Positions 28,722 through 37,326 of a stretch of DNA of 64,000 nucleotides are shown in pieces. The notes beneath the pieces were generated by a model. That model did not search any database and had not been told where the DNA came from. It was given only the letters and a program-made list of their open reading frames with translations. Both the position numbers and the translations under genes were made by a program. The stretch comes from a virus (taxonomy: Duplodnaviria > Caudoviricetes): positions 1,875-65,874 of IMG/VR virus record IMGVR_UViG_3300047553_000334; one strand, given 5' to 3'. Every line of letters begins with the position of its first letter. The first letter of the stretch is position 1.

Positions 28722-29288
28722 CTATCTTGCAGTTTCTTCTTGTCGTCGTCGTTCATGTTGTAACTTTAAGAACTTCCAGCAAGTTACGACATGCGTTAGT
28801 GGTATTGATGTTGAGTTAATAGAATTGAGATACTTCATGGCAATTCTTGCTGATGATGCAGTCGGTGCTTGAAGTACCAATTTTAATATCTCAGGTGTAG
28901 ATAGTATGTAATTTAAAGTTTGCTTTTCTCCTTGTGTTAATGCGTCATGCATAAACTCAGCATGACGTTCGTAATGATCAGGTTTGTGATTTGATTTTGT
29001 GTAATCAATTACAGTCACTAGCTTGTTATCTTTATAGACGTATCGTGCTAGTAATGCTGAGTACCAGCAACCGTTTAGTAATGAGATGATGTGCCTACGT
29101 GACCACGTTGGCCATTGGTTTGGTGGAAATATAGACTTCATCTCAACAACATCATTACGAGATGCACCAGACACAAATAGCTCTAGTATTAATATTGCTG
29201 TGTATTTGTTTGATACGTGCACACCAACGTTATTGATGTGCACGTAATAAGCCACTGGCGCAATGTATTTCTTGCGATGTGATGCCAT
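28722..29288 (-). CDS. Hypothetical protein
   Basis: 188-aa ORF, start coupled to the upstream stop (TAATG). Confidence 0.6.
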   Translation of the reverse strand: MASHRKKYIAPVAYYVHINNVGVHVSNKYTAILILELFVSGASRNDVVEMKSIFPPNQWPTWSRRHIISLLNGCWYSALLARYVYKDNKLVTVIDYTKSNHKPDHYERHAEFMHDALTQGEKQTLNYILSTPEILKLVLQAPTASSARIAMKYLNSINSTSIPLTHVVTCWKFLKLQHERRRQEETAR

Positions 29289-29698
29289 TAGAATCTAGGC
29301 TTGTATTTACCAGATAACCGTGCCATGCAGTGACCACACTTCCAAGGTGGTGTCCACTCACCACTGAGGAATGCGTCTACAATATCAACAACCTTACCTT
29401 TTGGGTATTGGCTCCAATCCTTGTCATTTGCGTTCTTAAATGTCTTCCATACAAAATCTTCTTCAATGTCGTAGATATTATCTAATGCTTCTAAGTTCAC
29501 AGCGTATTCCTCCATAGAGGGTAGCTTTATGAAATCATTGGGATCTACTTTGAATGAAATAATCTTTAACTTCCATGATGGCCACGACAGCGTTACTATA
29601 TTTGCGTTTGTAACTGTTACTTCTAGCTTTGACCAACCAGCTTGATACTCACTGGTGACAGCCATCATCCTGATGATTTTCTCGATATCGCCTAACAT
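29288..29698 (-). CDS. Hypothetical protein
   Basis: 136 aa, AAGGAG RBS, C-terminal CGHC. Confidence 0.7.
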   Translation of the reverse strand: MLGDIEKIIRMMAVTSEYQAGWSKLEVTVTNANIVTLSWPSWKLKIISFKVDPNDFIKLPSMEEYAVNLEALDNIYDIEEDFVWKTFKNANDKDWSQYPKGKVVDIVDAFLSGEWTPPWKCGHCMARLSGKYKPRF

Positions 29699-29712
29699 AA
29701 TTCTCCTTGTGT

Positions 29713-29754
29713 AAAAAGTTTGTGGAGCCTGAAATGCGTTTTAGGCTCCACAAA
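29713..29754 (-). terminator. Terminator-like hairpin
   Basis: TTTGTGGAGCCT.../...AGGCTCCACAAA inverted repeat followed by CTTTTT on the minus strand. Confidence 0.6.
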
Positions 29755-29773
29755 AGCATGCAAAATACTGTGT

Positions 29774-29790
29774 ATAGTATACCGTAGGTA
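29774..29790 (-). promoter_or_regulatory. Phage promoter/operator motif TACCTACGGTATA overlapping a TATACT -10 box
   Basis: 13-mer identical to 41935..41947; upstream of the replication operon. Confidence 0.55.
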
Positions 29791-29792
29791 AT

Positions 29793-30290
29793 CTACTCAC
29801 AAGTACATTTGTGTTCCCAGTTCTCGCACTGAACACACGTTTCAGCACCCATAAGATGAAGGTCATCATCTTCTAGGTCATCATCTGATCGTTGCTTGTG
29901 GCTGTATCCTTTTGGACCTGCGTAGATATCACCAGCAAACATCATGCCGGGTTCAGCGTAACGGCAGTAAAACTCAAGATCAGGGAACATGTCTGACATA
30001 GTCTGTAGCCATATGTCAGCCGGACCCCACGCTGTATCAAAGCCAATAACAATGTGACCTTCTTTGAAGTCTAGGTAGCATGTGTCACAAGCTCCCCACT
30101 TAGTACCCCAGTTATTATATTGCCATTCGACATTGCCATAGCCATTCTCATCTAACGGTTCTGGCACAGACTTATTAAAGTCTAGTACTGACATGCTTGT
30201 CTCATAATGTGTAGTGTGCAACTCAGCCCAAGCAGACACTTTGTCTGCTGGGCCAGTGATTGTCAATTCATTCATACACCAATTAGGCAT
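29793..30290 (-). CDS. DUF1281 / YubB ferredoxin-like domain protein
   Basis: MPNWCMNEL, LDFNKSVPEP, NNWGTKW, FDTAWGP, YAEPGMMFAG motifs. Confidence 0.8.
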   Translation of the reverse strand: MPNWCMNELTITGPADKVSAWAELHTTHYETSMSVLDFNKSVPEPLDENGYGNVEWQYNNWGTKWGACDTCYLDFKEGHIVIGFDTAWGPADIWLQTMSDMFPDLEFYCRYAEPGMMFAGDIYAGPKGYSHKQRSDDDLEDDDLHLMGAETCVQCENWEHKCTCE

Positions 30291-30301
30291 TGTGTTATTC
30301 C

Positions 30302-30637
30302 CTATCCGTAAACTAGTTCACCAAAACATATCTCTTGTAACATTGTGTCAATGACATCTTGATCTACTTGTTGCTCTTCTTCAAACGAGCGATCTCCAAT
30401 TAACCATGCTTTTTGCAACCATGTCAGCACGTCAAGAGAAGATATTGTATGCACCTCCTCTTCTTCATCATGAATATCTATATGGAACAATGTTTTTGGA
30501 TCATCAAAACCAATCCAGCTGGCATGCCATTTAACAACCCATTCACAGTGCCGGATACCTTCAGTGATTTGGTCATACCAAAACTCTCGATTAATATCAC
30601 CTACTACCCACTTAATATGTGTGTCACTTGCTTGCAT
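30302..30637 (-). CDS. Hypothetical protein
   Basis: 111 aa, AGGAG RBS; ends DTMLQEICFGELVYG, a recurrent phage early-gene motif. Confidence 0.7.
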   Translation of the reverse strand: MQASDTHIKWVVGDINREFWYDQITEGIRHCEWVVKWHASWIGFDDPKTLFHIDIHDEEEEVHTISSLDVLTWLQKAWLIGDRSFEEEQQVDQDVIDTMLQEICFGELVYG

Positions 30638-30932
30638 TTTTTAACTCCTGTAATGTATTCCAAATCCTGTCCCAATTTGTGCCAAAGTTAGCGTCAAATC
30701 CTTCGTGTAGTTCATTGACTACGTCAGGCCATTTATCTATGTGTTTGATTATCTGACGGACAATCTCATTGTATGAAGGCAAATGGTCTTTTGCTTCACC
30801 AACTACAAAATCCCATGGCCCCCATACTTCAATGTAAAACTCCGGGTATTTCTCCCGGAGTTCACGCAGCTCTGTTTCAAACGCATTATCGCGTTTTGTC
30901 CATTCTTCTTCTGTCATTAATCTTCTCCCCAT
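30624..30932 (-). CDS. Hypothetical protein
   Basis: 102-aa acidic ORF in a tightly overlapped operon. Confidence 0.65.
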   Translation of the reverse strand: MGRRLMTEEEWTKRDNAFETELRELREKYPEFYIEVWGPWDFVVGEAKDHLPSYNEIVRQIIKHIDKWPDVVNELHEGFDANFGTNWDRIWNTLQELKNASK

Positions 30933-31339
30933 CCATCTGGTTGCAGTAGTGAGCCATCATCATACAAGTCTTGACCGCTGTACATATCTGTCCATTCACT
31001 GTATGTACAGTCATAGATGTACTCAAACATAGCGTCATTGAACTCGTCGATGTTTCGCTCATGATACGTAGATGCAACAAGTGCACAGAACTTCTCGATC
31101 TCATCACTTGTTGGTCTGTCAATGTTTAATTGCTCGACAGCTTTGTCAATGAACTTGATGACGCTTCTGTCGTCATACACGACGCTGACATCCGTAAACA
31201 ACATTTTGCCCACACGTGACATCAACTCTACACCAATGCACGGGGAGAGAAACTCCCCGTCTTCTGTGTAGTGCTGATCACGTGCATAATCGTAGTGGTC
31301 AGTTGACCATTCTTCGTACTCACATACTGAATAAAACAT
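30917..31339 (-). CDS. Hypothetical acidic protein
   Basis: 140 aa, D/E/Y-rich, GAGG RBS. Confidence 0.65.
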   Translation of the reverse strand: MFYSVCEYEEWSTDHYDYARDQHYTEDGEFLSPCIGVELMSRVGKMLFTDVSVVYDDRSVIKFIDKAVEQLNIDRPTSDEIEKFCALVASTYHERNIDEFNDAMFEYIYDCTYSEWTDMYSGQDLYDDGSLLQPDGWGED

Positions 31340-31372
31340 ATTGTGTTACCTCGTGTTTATTTGTTTGTTTAA

Positions 31373-32266
31373 TTAAACCCACGCAGCTGCACTGCCATGG
31401 GCGCGAATGACAACATGACTGTCGCCATCACATTGGAGAGATGCAGGACAACCTACACAGGTTGTATGCATTGGTAGCATATTGCGATACGCTCGCATCT
31501 CATTGATGAACGGGTCGCTTGGGCACTGCTTCATACCCTTGCTGTAGGCTACGTGCCGACGATTGACGTAGTCATGCTCAGGTAGAACTGTAAACGTACC
31601 CCAGCCAGCTTGCTCTGCCTCGTACTGGTCAGTGTAGTTGTCGCATGACGCTTGTAGCACACCCTTGAATGGTTGAGCTAACTGCATGCGCCATTGGTGT
31701 GTGTAGCCACGATGGCCAAGGCTGTAGCGTAGCAGGTCACCCCAGACAGGAAATGGCACGGCTACAGGATCACCATATGAACCAATACGTGTCTCCTTAC
31801 CAGCAACAATTTGTATGGTTGCAGCGACAGTGCTAGACACAACAGGTATGTTGCCGCGTTGGAATGACTCCCAGATTGCAGTGACACCCTTGCCAATATT
31901 GACGTAGCACGTACGCACAAGCTTGACTTTGCCATTGACAATGTGCCTCTTCCAACCCTTGCGATGTACACATTTGCCACAGATGCAGTCGTCAATCATA
32001 AAGTCAATGGCGTGTTGAGGATGGATATCACGCATGATGATATAAGTCTGCAACATGTCACCAGTCTTGATGTTGTAATCCTCTGGGTTGTACTGGCAGT
32101 TGGACATCACAGCAATGATAGGGTGGCGTCGATCAAGTTGTGATGGCCCATTGTAGAAGCAGTACGAGTTGTACTTCGGCTTCATATGCTTGCCGTTAGT
32201 TACGTTGGTGAAAAGGGCTGGATTTGCATCTAGCCCAAACTTGTTGAGATATTCTTTAGCTGTCAT
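31373..32266 (-). CDS. Conserved Cys-rich phage enzyme-like protein (possible Fe-S / radical-SAM-like fold)
   Basis: GPSQLD, KTGDMLQTYI, ICGKCVHR, CYVN, RIGSYGDP, GYTHQW, ASCD, QCP, CVGC..C motifs. Confidence 0.6.
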   Translation of the reverse strand: MTAKEYLNKFGLDANPALFTNVTNGKHMKPKYNSYCFYNGPSQLDRRHPIIAVMSNCQYNPEDYNIKTGDMLQTYIIMRDIHPQHAIDFMIDDCICGKCVHRKGWKRHIVNGKVKLVRTCYVNIGKGVTAIWESFQRGNIPVVSSTVAATIQIVAGKETRIGSYGDPVAVPFPVWGDLLRYSLGHRGYTHQWRMQLAQPFKGVLQASCDNYTDQYEAEQAGWGTFTVLPEHDYVNRRHVAYSKGMKQCPSDPFINEMRAYRNMLPMHTTCVGCPASLQCDGDSHVVIRAHGSAAAWV

Positions 32267-32643
32267 TTTGTTACTCCATCATTCCAAAACCAATATTTAC
32301 TGTATTTGTTGTCGTCTTTCTCAATAATCTCACATATGTAATGCGCCTCCTCTTCACTGATACCATCCCAGCCAATGTTTACACCGACGGTGCTAAGGTC
32401 ATCGCATTCGCCTTCACACTTCTTGCCTACACAGTCAAGTGCAAAACCACACTCAATACGGAATGTCCACGTGTAGTGTGGATCGACCTCATCAAGCACG
32501 TCAATGCTGTACGTACGATGTGCATTAACAGGACAGTCTTTCCACTCACTGTTATGCCATTGCAACTCCCATATGGTTGCTGCAGTTTTCATAATCATCT
32601 CAGCAGCTGCATGGTAATACTCTTCTTTGTATCGCTTATTCAT
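32263..32643 (-). CDS. Hypothetical protein
   Basis: 126-aa ORF overlapping both neighbours. Confidence 0.6.
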   Translation of the reverse strand: MNKRYKEEYYHAAAEMIMKTAATIWELQWHNSEWKDCPVNAHRTYSIDVLDEVDPHYTWTFRIECGFALDCVGKKCEGECDDLSTVGVNIGWDGISEEEAHYICEIIEKDDNKYSKYWFWNDGVTK

Positions 32644-33052
32644 AATGACTCTTTGTTGTTACTTGGTTTTCGCCCGGCATCGATTCTATTGTCATGTAGT
32701 ATGTTGATGGTCCGTCATATCCGTCATCACTAACGTCTTCACCACGCCGATCAGCGCGTTCCATGTGACGCAGACAATCTTCGCCATCAGCTATTTTTGC
32801 TTCGTTATTTAATTGCTCACAACGTTCCTGTAGTTTTTTCATTAGCATTTCTGCTGCCTCACGAGACGAGCATTTGCAATACTCTTTTAGTATGTGTAGA
32901 TAACCCCACCATCCTCCTTCCTCTGGTCCACCGTAGTAAGATTCGCATTGATAAATAGAAAGGTAGCACTCTTGTGCTACCTCGCGGTCCTCTATAATTT
33001 CATTCCATGCTTGCAGGAATATGTTGTCATCACTCATAACGATCCTCCTCAT
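32636..33052 (-). CDS. Conserved phage hypothetical protein (YGGPEEGGWW motif)
   Basis: ESYYGGPEEGGWW motif that I recognise from phage early proteins. Confidence 0.7.
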   Translation of the reverse strand: MRRIVMSDDNIFLQAWNEIIEDREVAQECYLSIYQCESYYGGPEEGGWWGYLHILKEYCKCSSREAAEMLMKKLQERCEQLNNEAKIADGEDCLRHMERADRRGEDVSDDGYDGPSTYYMTIESMPGENQVTTKSHYE

Positions 33053-33413
33053 TTGATTTTTTGTATATTGCTTTTCCGTACTTTACTGGCATGACTCGTT
33101 CACCATGGCATTTGTAACAAGCCACGTCGTACACGCCCTCAAAGTAGTCCTCTTCGTAACCACCGTAATACATATCTTCAGCTGTTAGACCATCGCAATC
33201 AACAGAAGGATTAACGTGATGGCCTTTACCATCACATGTATCGCAGGCTTCATATTTGAATTTGTACCAAACTTGTTTATTGGTCTTACTGTCATACTTG
33301 TGCCTCACTAGCATCTTGCGTTCATCAATATCAATCCACCAACGATCACGACCACCGCGTACACGGTGGTCGTTTTGATAGTTGCGGTCTTCCAAGCTAA
33401 ACCATTCACTCAT
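33030..33413 (-). CDS. Zn-finger (CxxCxGxG) phage protein
   Basis: CDTCDGKG...VNPSVD...YDVACYKCHG; GGAG RBS. Confidence 0.7.
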   Translation of the reverse strand: MSEWFSLEDRNYQNDHRVRGGRDRWWIDIDERKMLVRHKYDSKTNKQVWYKFKYEACDTCDGKGHHVNPSVDCDGLTAEDMYYGGYEEDYFEGVYDVACYKCHGERVMPVKYGKAIYKKSNEEDRYE

Positions 33414-33708
33414 ATTGTTTCTTCAGCTCCTTGTATGTTTTACCTGTGTTCTCAAATGCAAGTGAGCAGAACACAATCTCTTGATGGCGTTCGCTATACA
33501 TGCGGTGATTACTACCATCGTAGTAGTACTCAACACCACGACGTAGTCCTACACAGCCAAGCTCTTCTGCACATGCACGGCGTAGTTTGATTGGGCTAGG
33601 AGGTGTACGATACACCTCATAGCGTTCTCCTTGTTTGTTGTTTGGTGTGTTGTCCCACATGCAACCCCACACCTCAAACTTATACACAACAGGGTTTTCT
33701 GCTTTCAT
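33406..33708 (-). CDS. Hypothetical protein
   Basis: 100 aa, GAGGAG RBS. Confidence 0.65.
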   Translation of the reverse strand: MKAENPVVYKFEVWGCMWDNTPNNKQGERYEVYRTPPSPIKLRRACAEELGCVGLRRGVEYYYDGSNHRMYSERHQEIVFCSLAFENTGKTYKELKKQYE

Positions 33709-33947
33709 TTTGTCTCCTCAATTATTGTGATGGTCACAACGTCATCTTCCCACTCGATGAACGAGTCATCACATTCAAGGCAATACTTAGCTCGCTTGTC
33801 GTTGTTGACCCAAGCTTTGAGTATGCCAAGAAAGTACTTCTTGTCTTTCTTGGACGCACCGCTCATGCGGTAATAGTGACGTGCCCAGCGCAACATGCCG
33901 GGAGCGTTGAACATTGGGACTGATACTAAAGCGATTCTTGTTTTCAT
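33705..33947 (-). CDS. Hypothetical protein
   Basis: Likely start ATG 33947 (ATGA overlap with the upstream stop). Confidence 0.55.
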   Translation of the reverse strand: MKTRIALVSVPMFNAPGMLRWARHYYRMSGASKKDKKYFLGILKAWVNNDKRAKYCLECDDSFIEWEDDVVTITIIEETK

Positions 33948-34183
33948 ATTTTGTTTCCATTCATGTGATGATCGATGAGGGCTTGTTGATAGCCATACAG
34001 CCATGTCATGGCCTCACTAAACCCACAGGCTCTTGCTCCACAGTCGGCTGTAAAGTAATCACCGTACATACCTTTTGGTGCAAACTTGTAGCGTGTAACG
34101 CCATCGCCTGGGCTGTATGTAAATACGTCTAGGTTGCAGTGTTTAAGCACTGCATTCATGTGTTCTTTATCTCGCTTTGTCAT
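33944..34183 (-). CDS. Hypothetical protein (TYSPGDGVTRY motif)
   Basis: 79 aa, GAGG RBS, recurrent phage early-gene motif. Confidence 0.65.
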   Translation of the reverse strand: MTKRDKEHMNAVLKHCNLDVFTYSPGDGVTRYKFAPKGMYGDYFTADCGARACGFSEAMTWLYGYQQALIDHHMNGNKI

Positions 34184-34447
34184 TTAAATACCTCTTAGTG
34201 TTCTTGCTTCTGCGCTTGTAACAACTCGTACAATTGAGTCGATTACATCTTGTGGGCAGTCTCCTTCTTCAAGGACTGCCATGACAGCTTCCATAGCTGC
34301 CTCAAGGATTTCTTCCTGTGTATAGTCTTCCTCTGGGTCAAAGTAATCCCAAAGGCTCACGTCTGGTAAGTCATTGGTTGTTAATCCAATGTGGTCAATC
34401 ATAAGCTGATCGACGACAGCGCGGAATGTTTGAAGAGTGTATTTCAT
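34184..34447 (-). CDS. Hypothetical acidic protein
   Basis: 87 aa, DLPDVSLWDYFD; AAGGA RBS preceded by a pseudoknot motif. Confidence 0.7.
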   Translation of the reverse strand: MKYTLQTFRAVVDQLMIDHIGLTTNDLPDVSLWDYFDPEEDYTQEEILEAAMEAVMAVLEEGDCPQDVIDSIVRVVTSAEARTLRGI

Positions 34448-34467
34448 TTGTTTGTCCTTTGTTTGGT

Positions 34468-34498
34468 TGTGCGTTGTTGGTGAGACGCACCCCTCACA
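34468..34498 (-). ncRNA. Leader H-type pseudoknot motif, copy 1
   Basis: GUGAG-GGGUGCGU-CUCAC-CAACA-ACGCAC: 5-bp stem whose loop GUGCGU pairs with downstream ACGCAC. Confidence 0.65.
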
Positions 34499-34504
34499 TT
34501 GTCA

Positions 34505-34990
34505 CTAGGCGAGTTCGACTAGGTCGCTGTTGTCACGTGCAGTCGATGCCACACACTTATCGAACTGTGGCATTGAAGTAGCGACGTACTTCCAGAAGTC
34601 GAACGGAACCGCAGGAAGCTCAATGTCTTTGATGATTACATTGAACGCCTTGATAGCCTCCTGAATTTGGTCATCAAGTGTCTCAGATGTAGTCTTGACA
34701 GTGAACGTACGCAGCTTTCTACTGGATGGATCAGTGCGTTGGTTCTCGTCTTCGTACATATTCAGTGATACATCGATCTTGGCTACGACTCGGTCAAGCA
34801 ATGCCAAGTCTCGTGTTGCCACATCAATACGGAGATGAAAATTGAGGGCAACGCGATGACCATTGATGTTGAACTCTTTGTCATGGTGTGTTGTCTCATA
34901 ATAATCGTATGTATTGCCGATGCCTCCGCTAATACGGCGAATGTCATCAGAGAGACGAGAGACGAAATAGTCAAACGTAGGTGTAGACAT
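34505..34990 (-). CDS. Hypothetical protein
   Basis: 161 aa, preceded by pseudoknot motif copy 2. Confidence 0.7.
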   Translation of the reverse strand: MSTPTFDYFVSRLSDDIRRISGGIGNTYDYYETTHHDKEFNINGHRVALNFHLRIDVATRDLALLDRVVAKIDVSLNMYEDENQRTDPSSRKLRTFTVKTTSETLDDQIQEAIKAFNVIIKDIELPAVPFDFWKYVATSMPQFDKCVASTARDNSDLVELA

Positions 34991-35009
34991 AGTTGTTATG
35001 TTCTCTTTC

Positions 35010-35040
35010 TATGCGTTGTTAGTGAGACGCATCCCTCACA
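35010..35040 (-). ncRNA. Leader H-type pseudoknot motif, copy 2
   Basis: GUGAG-GGAUGCGU-CUCAC-UAACA-ACGCAU: compensatory G-C to A-U change in stem 2 relative to copy 1. Confidence 0.65.
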
Positions 35041-35047
35041 TAAAACA

Positions 35048-35302
35048 TTAGATAGCGATGTAGCAGTTTTTGATTTCTTTGATGCCAGCTTCTTTGATGA
35101 TGTGATTACGTACATCAGCAACTTGCGATTCGTCTAGATATTGAATAGCCTCGCCAAGCCAAAGCAAGACATAGTTGTTCTCATTACGTAGGTCATCAAA
35201 AACTTTTGTCAATCTGTCGTATTGACCTTGCGTTATTAGATTGTTATTAAATAGTGACTCAATAAGTATCTCGCCACTAATAACTTCAAACGGCATTTTC
35301 AT
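35048..35302 (-). CDS. Hypothetical protein
   Basis: 84 aa, ATGA overlap. Confidence 0.6.
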   Translation of the reverse strand: MKMPFEVISGEILIESLFNNNLITQGQYDRLTKVFDDLRNENNYVLLWLGEAIQYLDESQVADVRNHIIKEAGIKEIKNCYIAI

Positions 35303-35571
35303 TTGATTAGATTCTCTTTCTTTTTTGTTTGTGTTGGTTGTCCAGTTTTGTTATCAAACCAGACAAGCATGTACGGCTCATCAATGTATGTGCCAATTTT
35401 TCTACGTGTTATTCGTACGTGCATTACAGGTGTGGTCTCTTGCTGGATGATAACTCTATATCGAGACCAAGTCTTAGCCCATGCTGCAGTTCTCCAAACA
35501 ATAGGAGGGCCGAATTCTCGGCCCTCAAAGTCATAACATTGACAAAGGTAACTATATGGATAGTTAGCCAT
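35299..35571 (-). CDS. Hypothetical protein
   Basis: 90 aa, GAGGT RBS. Confidence 0.6.
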   Translation of the reverse strand: MANYPYSYLCQCYDFEGREFGPPIVWRTAAWAKTWSRYRVIIQQETTPVMHVRITRRKIGTYIDEPYMLVWFDNKTGQPTQTKKKENLIK

Positions 35572-35887
35572 TACTTGTATCTACCTCATCCCAACCTTTA
35601 GGGTTGACTGGTATTTCCTGTAGTGTTGCCATCCACTTATCAAACGCAAGCAGTTCTTCGTGTGTTGGCTCATCGTTAATCCAGTCATCAAAGCCCATGA
35701 CATTGCGCGTGTCATGTGGGACATGCGCATCTGCAAAGTCAAGGATCTCTGCAAGAAACATGCGAGCTTGCCCGTCAAGAAACTGTTGAAACTGCGGAAC
35801 TAACTTGATGAGTCGCTCAATGCCTCCACCCGGATGAATGTGAAGGTATGCAAATCTCAAGATGAGGATTTTGTAGTGTTTAGTCAT
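35564..35887 (-). CDS. Hypothetical protein
   Basis: 107 aa, GGAG RBS, ATGA overlap. Confidence 0.65.
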   Translation of the reverse strand: MTKHYKILILRFAYLHIHPGGGIERLIKLVPQFQQFLDGQARMFLAEILDFADAHVPHDTRNVMGFDDWINDEPTHEELLAFDKWMATLQEIPVNPKGWDEVDTSNG

Positions 35888-36255
35888 TTGTTATCGTTCT
35901 CCATTTCTTTCTGCATAAATGTGATGAATTGTGTTGCCCACAACCGGAGTGCTTCTGCGTTAGACTCAAACGTCCATTGCTCATGGATATTTGCTGCAGC
36001 AAGTCTAATTTGTCCATATGCGTTGTCAACAAGGTCAACATCAACACGGACTGTCACGTCTTGATATGGCCTTTCTCGATACAACTCAATGGTCATGGTC
36101 TGAGTCAGTTTTGTTGTACGACTAATTCTGGTGAAACTGTGTATGCCTCCACGCACTGTCATGTCAGTGAATGGATCAGTTGATTTACCTCTTAGCAATT
36201 CATACAGAGATGAAGCTACTTCTTGTGGGGACTCGTAACGATTATTCAGATTCAT
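35884..36255 (-). CDS. Hypothetical protein
   Basis: Likely start ATG 36255 after AAAGGA. Confidence 0.6.
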   Translation of the reverse strand: MNLNNRYESPQEVASSLYELLRGKSTDPFTDMTVRGGIHSFTRISRTTKLTQTMTIELYRERPYQDVTVRVDVDLVDNAYGQIRLAAANIHEQWTFESNAEALRLWATQFITFMQKEMENDNK

Positions 36256-36358
36256 TGTCAATCCTTTGTTGATACTCAGTAACTGAGTGAAAGAACCATC
36301 CAATCAAAAATAGAATGGATAGCAATGCGATGAGAGTGCAAATGATTATTGCAATCAT
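36242..36358 (-). CDS. Small single-TM membrane peptide (38 aa; not in ORF track)
   Basis: MIAIIICTLIALLSILFLIGWFFHSVTEYQQRIDNESE*; GAGGA RBS; overlaps the next gene. Confidence 0.65.
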   Translation of the reverse strand: MIAIIICTLIALLSILFLIGWFFHSVTEYQQRIDNESE

Positions 36359-36406
36359 GATTCGTTCCTCAATAATAACGTTCTAATTATTATTGTTCAA
36401 TGTAAT

Positions 36407-36474
36407 GAGGGGTACAATTTTTATACCCCTCTAGGGTACAAAATTTGAGGGGGCTAAATTTTATACCCCCTCAA
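36407..36474. repeat. Cluster of related palindromes GAGGGG(TA)-N9-12-(TA)CCCCTC
   Basis: Two full palindromes (36407-36431, 36445-36474) with a half copy AGGGTACAAAATTT between them, next to an AT-rich tract. Confidence 0.65.
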
Positions 36475-36477
36475 TTT

Positions 36478-36816
36478 TTATGCCATGTTTCGCACTCGAT
36501 TGATGATGTTGAGTGCCCGGCAGAGGACAACTTCCTCGCTTGGTGTGACCTTCACCTTGTCGAGTACACGCCTCCACAGGCGGTTGCGCCAGCGTGTGCT
36601 ATTGGTGTACGTGCTGTAGGTAGCAGGTCGTACGTCGATGAGATCCGCCAATACCTTGACTGGTAGTGCGTCCTCAAGAAGCATCATGCACATTTCCTCT
36701 TTGGGAGAAACTTGCACGTCCTCAATGAGTCCTGCTTCACGCAGGGCGTTGAACTGCTCGTACTTGATACCAGCAGCTCGTAAAGCGTCAATTTGTTCTT
36801 GTGTGAATGGTTTCAT
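36478..36816 (-). CDS. Hypothetical protein
   Basis: 112 aa, AGGAG RBS. Confidence 0.7.
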   Translation of the reverse strand: MKPFTQEQIDALRAAGIKYEQFNALREAGLIEDVQVSPKEEMCMMLLEDALPVKVLADLIDVRPATYSTYTNSTRWRNRLWRRVLDKVKVTPSEEVVLCRALNIINRVRNMA

Positions 36817-37040
36817 AGTTCACTCCTAAGTTTGTTTACCAACATACCAACGGGATTCTGCATTTTCTCAGCAGCGTGTGCCCCAAATCTGAGGATATCC
36901 TCATCATTGAGGTTGTTAAACCCAGACATAGCTTCGTTTACGTAGTCCTCTTGGGAGTATTGTGCCCAGAGGAGAATGTCTGTGTCATACATCCACAGTA
37001 CGTACGTCTTTATCGCGTCTAACGCTTGCTCTCTTGTCAT
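36813..37040 (-). CDS. Hypothetical protein
   Basis: 75 aa, ATGA overlaps. Confidence 0.65.
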   Translation of the reverse strand: MTREQALDAIKTYVLWMYDTDILLWAQYSQEDYVNEAMSGFNNLNDEDILRFGAHAAEKMQNPVGMLVNKLRSEL

Positions 37041-37246
37041 TTGATACCTAACCTTTTGTTTTTGCGTGTCTCACGATCGTCGTGAAACGTCTCGACGAGA
37101 AGTGTGTCAAGCTCCTCAACAAGTTGTCTAAGATGATTCTCCGGCGCTGGAAAAGTCACCCCATGTAATCGATATGTTTTATGCATAGCGCTTGAGACCT
37201 CAGCGATCTTGGCTTGCAGCTCATTGATTCTTTGTTGATTTTTCAT
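37037..37246 (-). CDS. Hypothetical coiled-coil protein (69 aa)
   Basis: Start re-assigned to ATG 37246, because the longer ORF-track version runs through a hammerhead ribozyme and the upstream gene. Confidence 0.6.
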   Translation of the reverse strand: MKNQQRINELQAKIAEVSSAMHKTYRLHGVTFPAPENHLRQLVEELDTLLVETFHDDRETRKNKRLGIK

Positions 37247-37260
37247 GGTTTGTATCCATA

Positions 37261-37326
37261 TGACCTGACTCATCAGTGCAAGGCGGTCAACTCTTACAGA
37301 CTTCTCCGCATGGGAGAAGTTTCGTC
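37261..37326 (-). ncRNA. Hammerhead ribozyme, type II (HH-D)
   Basis: GAC-GAAA-CUUCUCC[CAUGC]GGAGAAG-UC^UGUAAG[AGUUGACCGC]CUUGCA-CUGAUGA-GUC-A-GGUCA. Full core; loop I UGACC pairs with 3' GGUCA. Predicted cut 37299/37298. Confidence 0.88.

Noticed and set aside
36407-36474. Possible mini CRISPR array near the csx16-like gene
   Set aside because: Only two imperfect palindromes about 14 bp apart; no spacer-length unique sequences or constant repeat.
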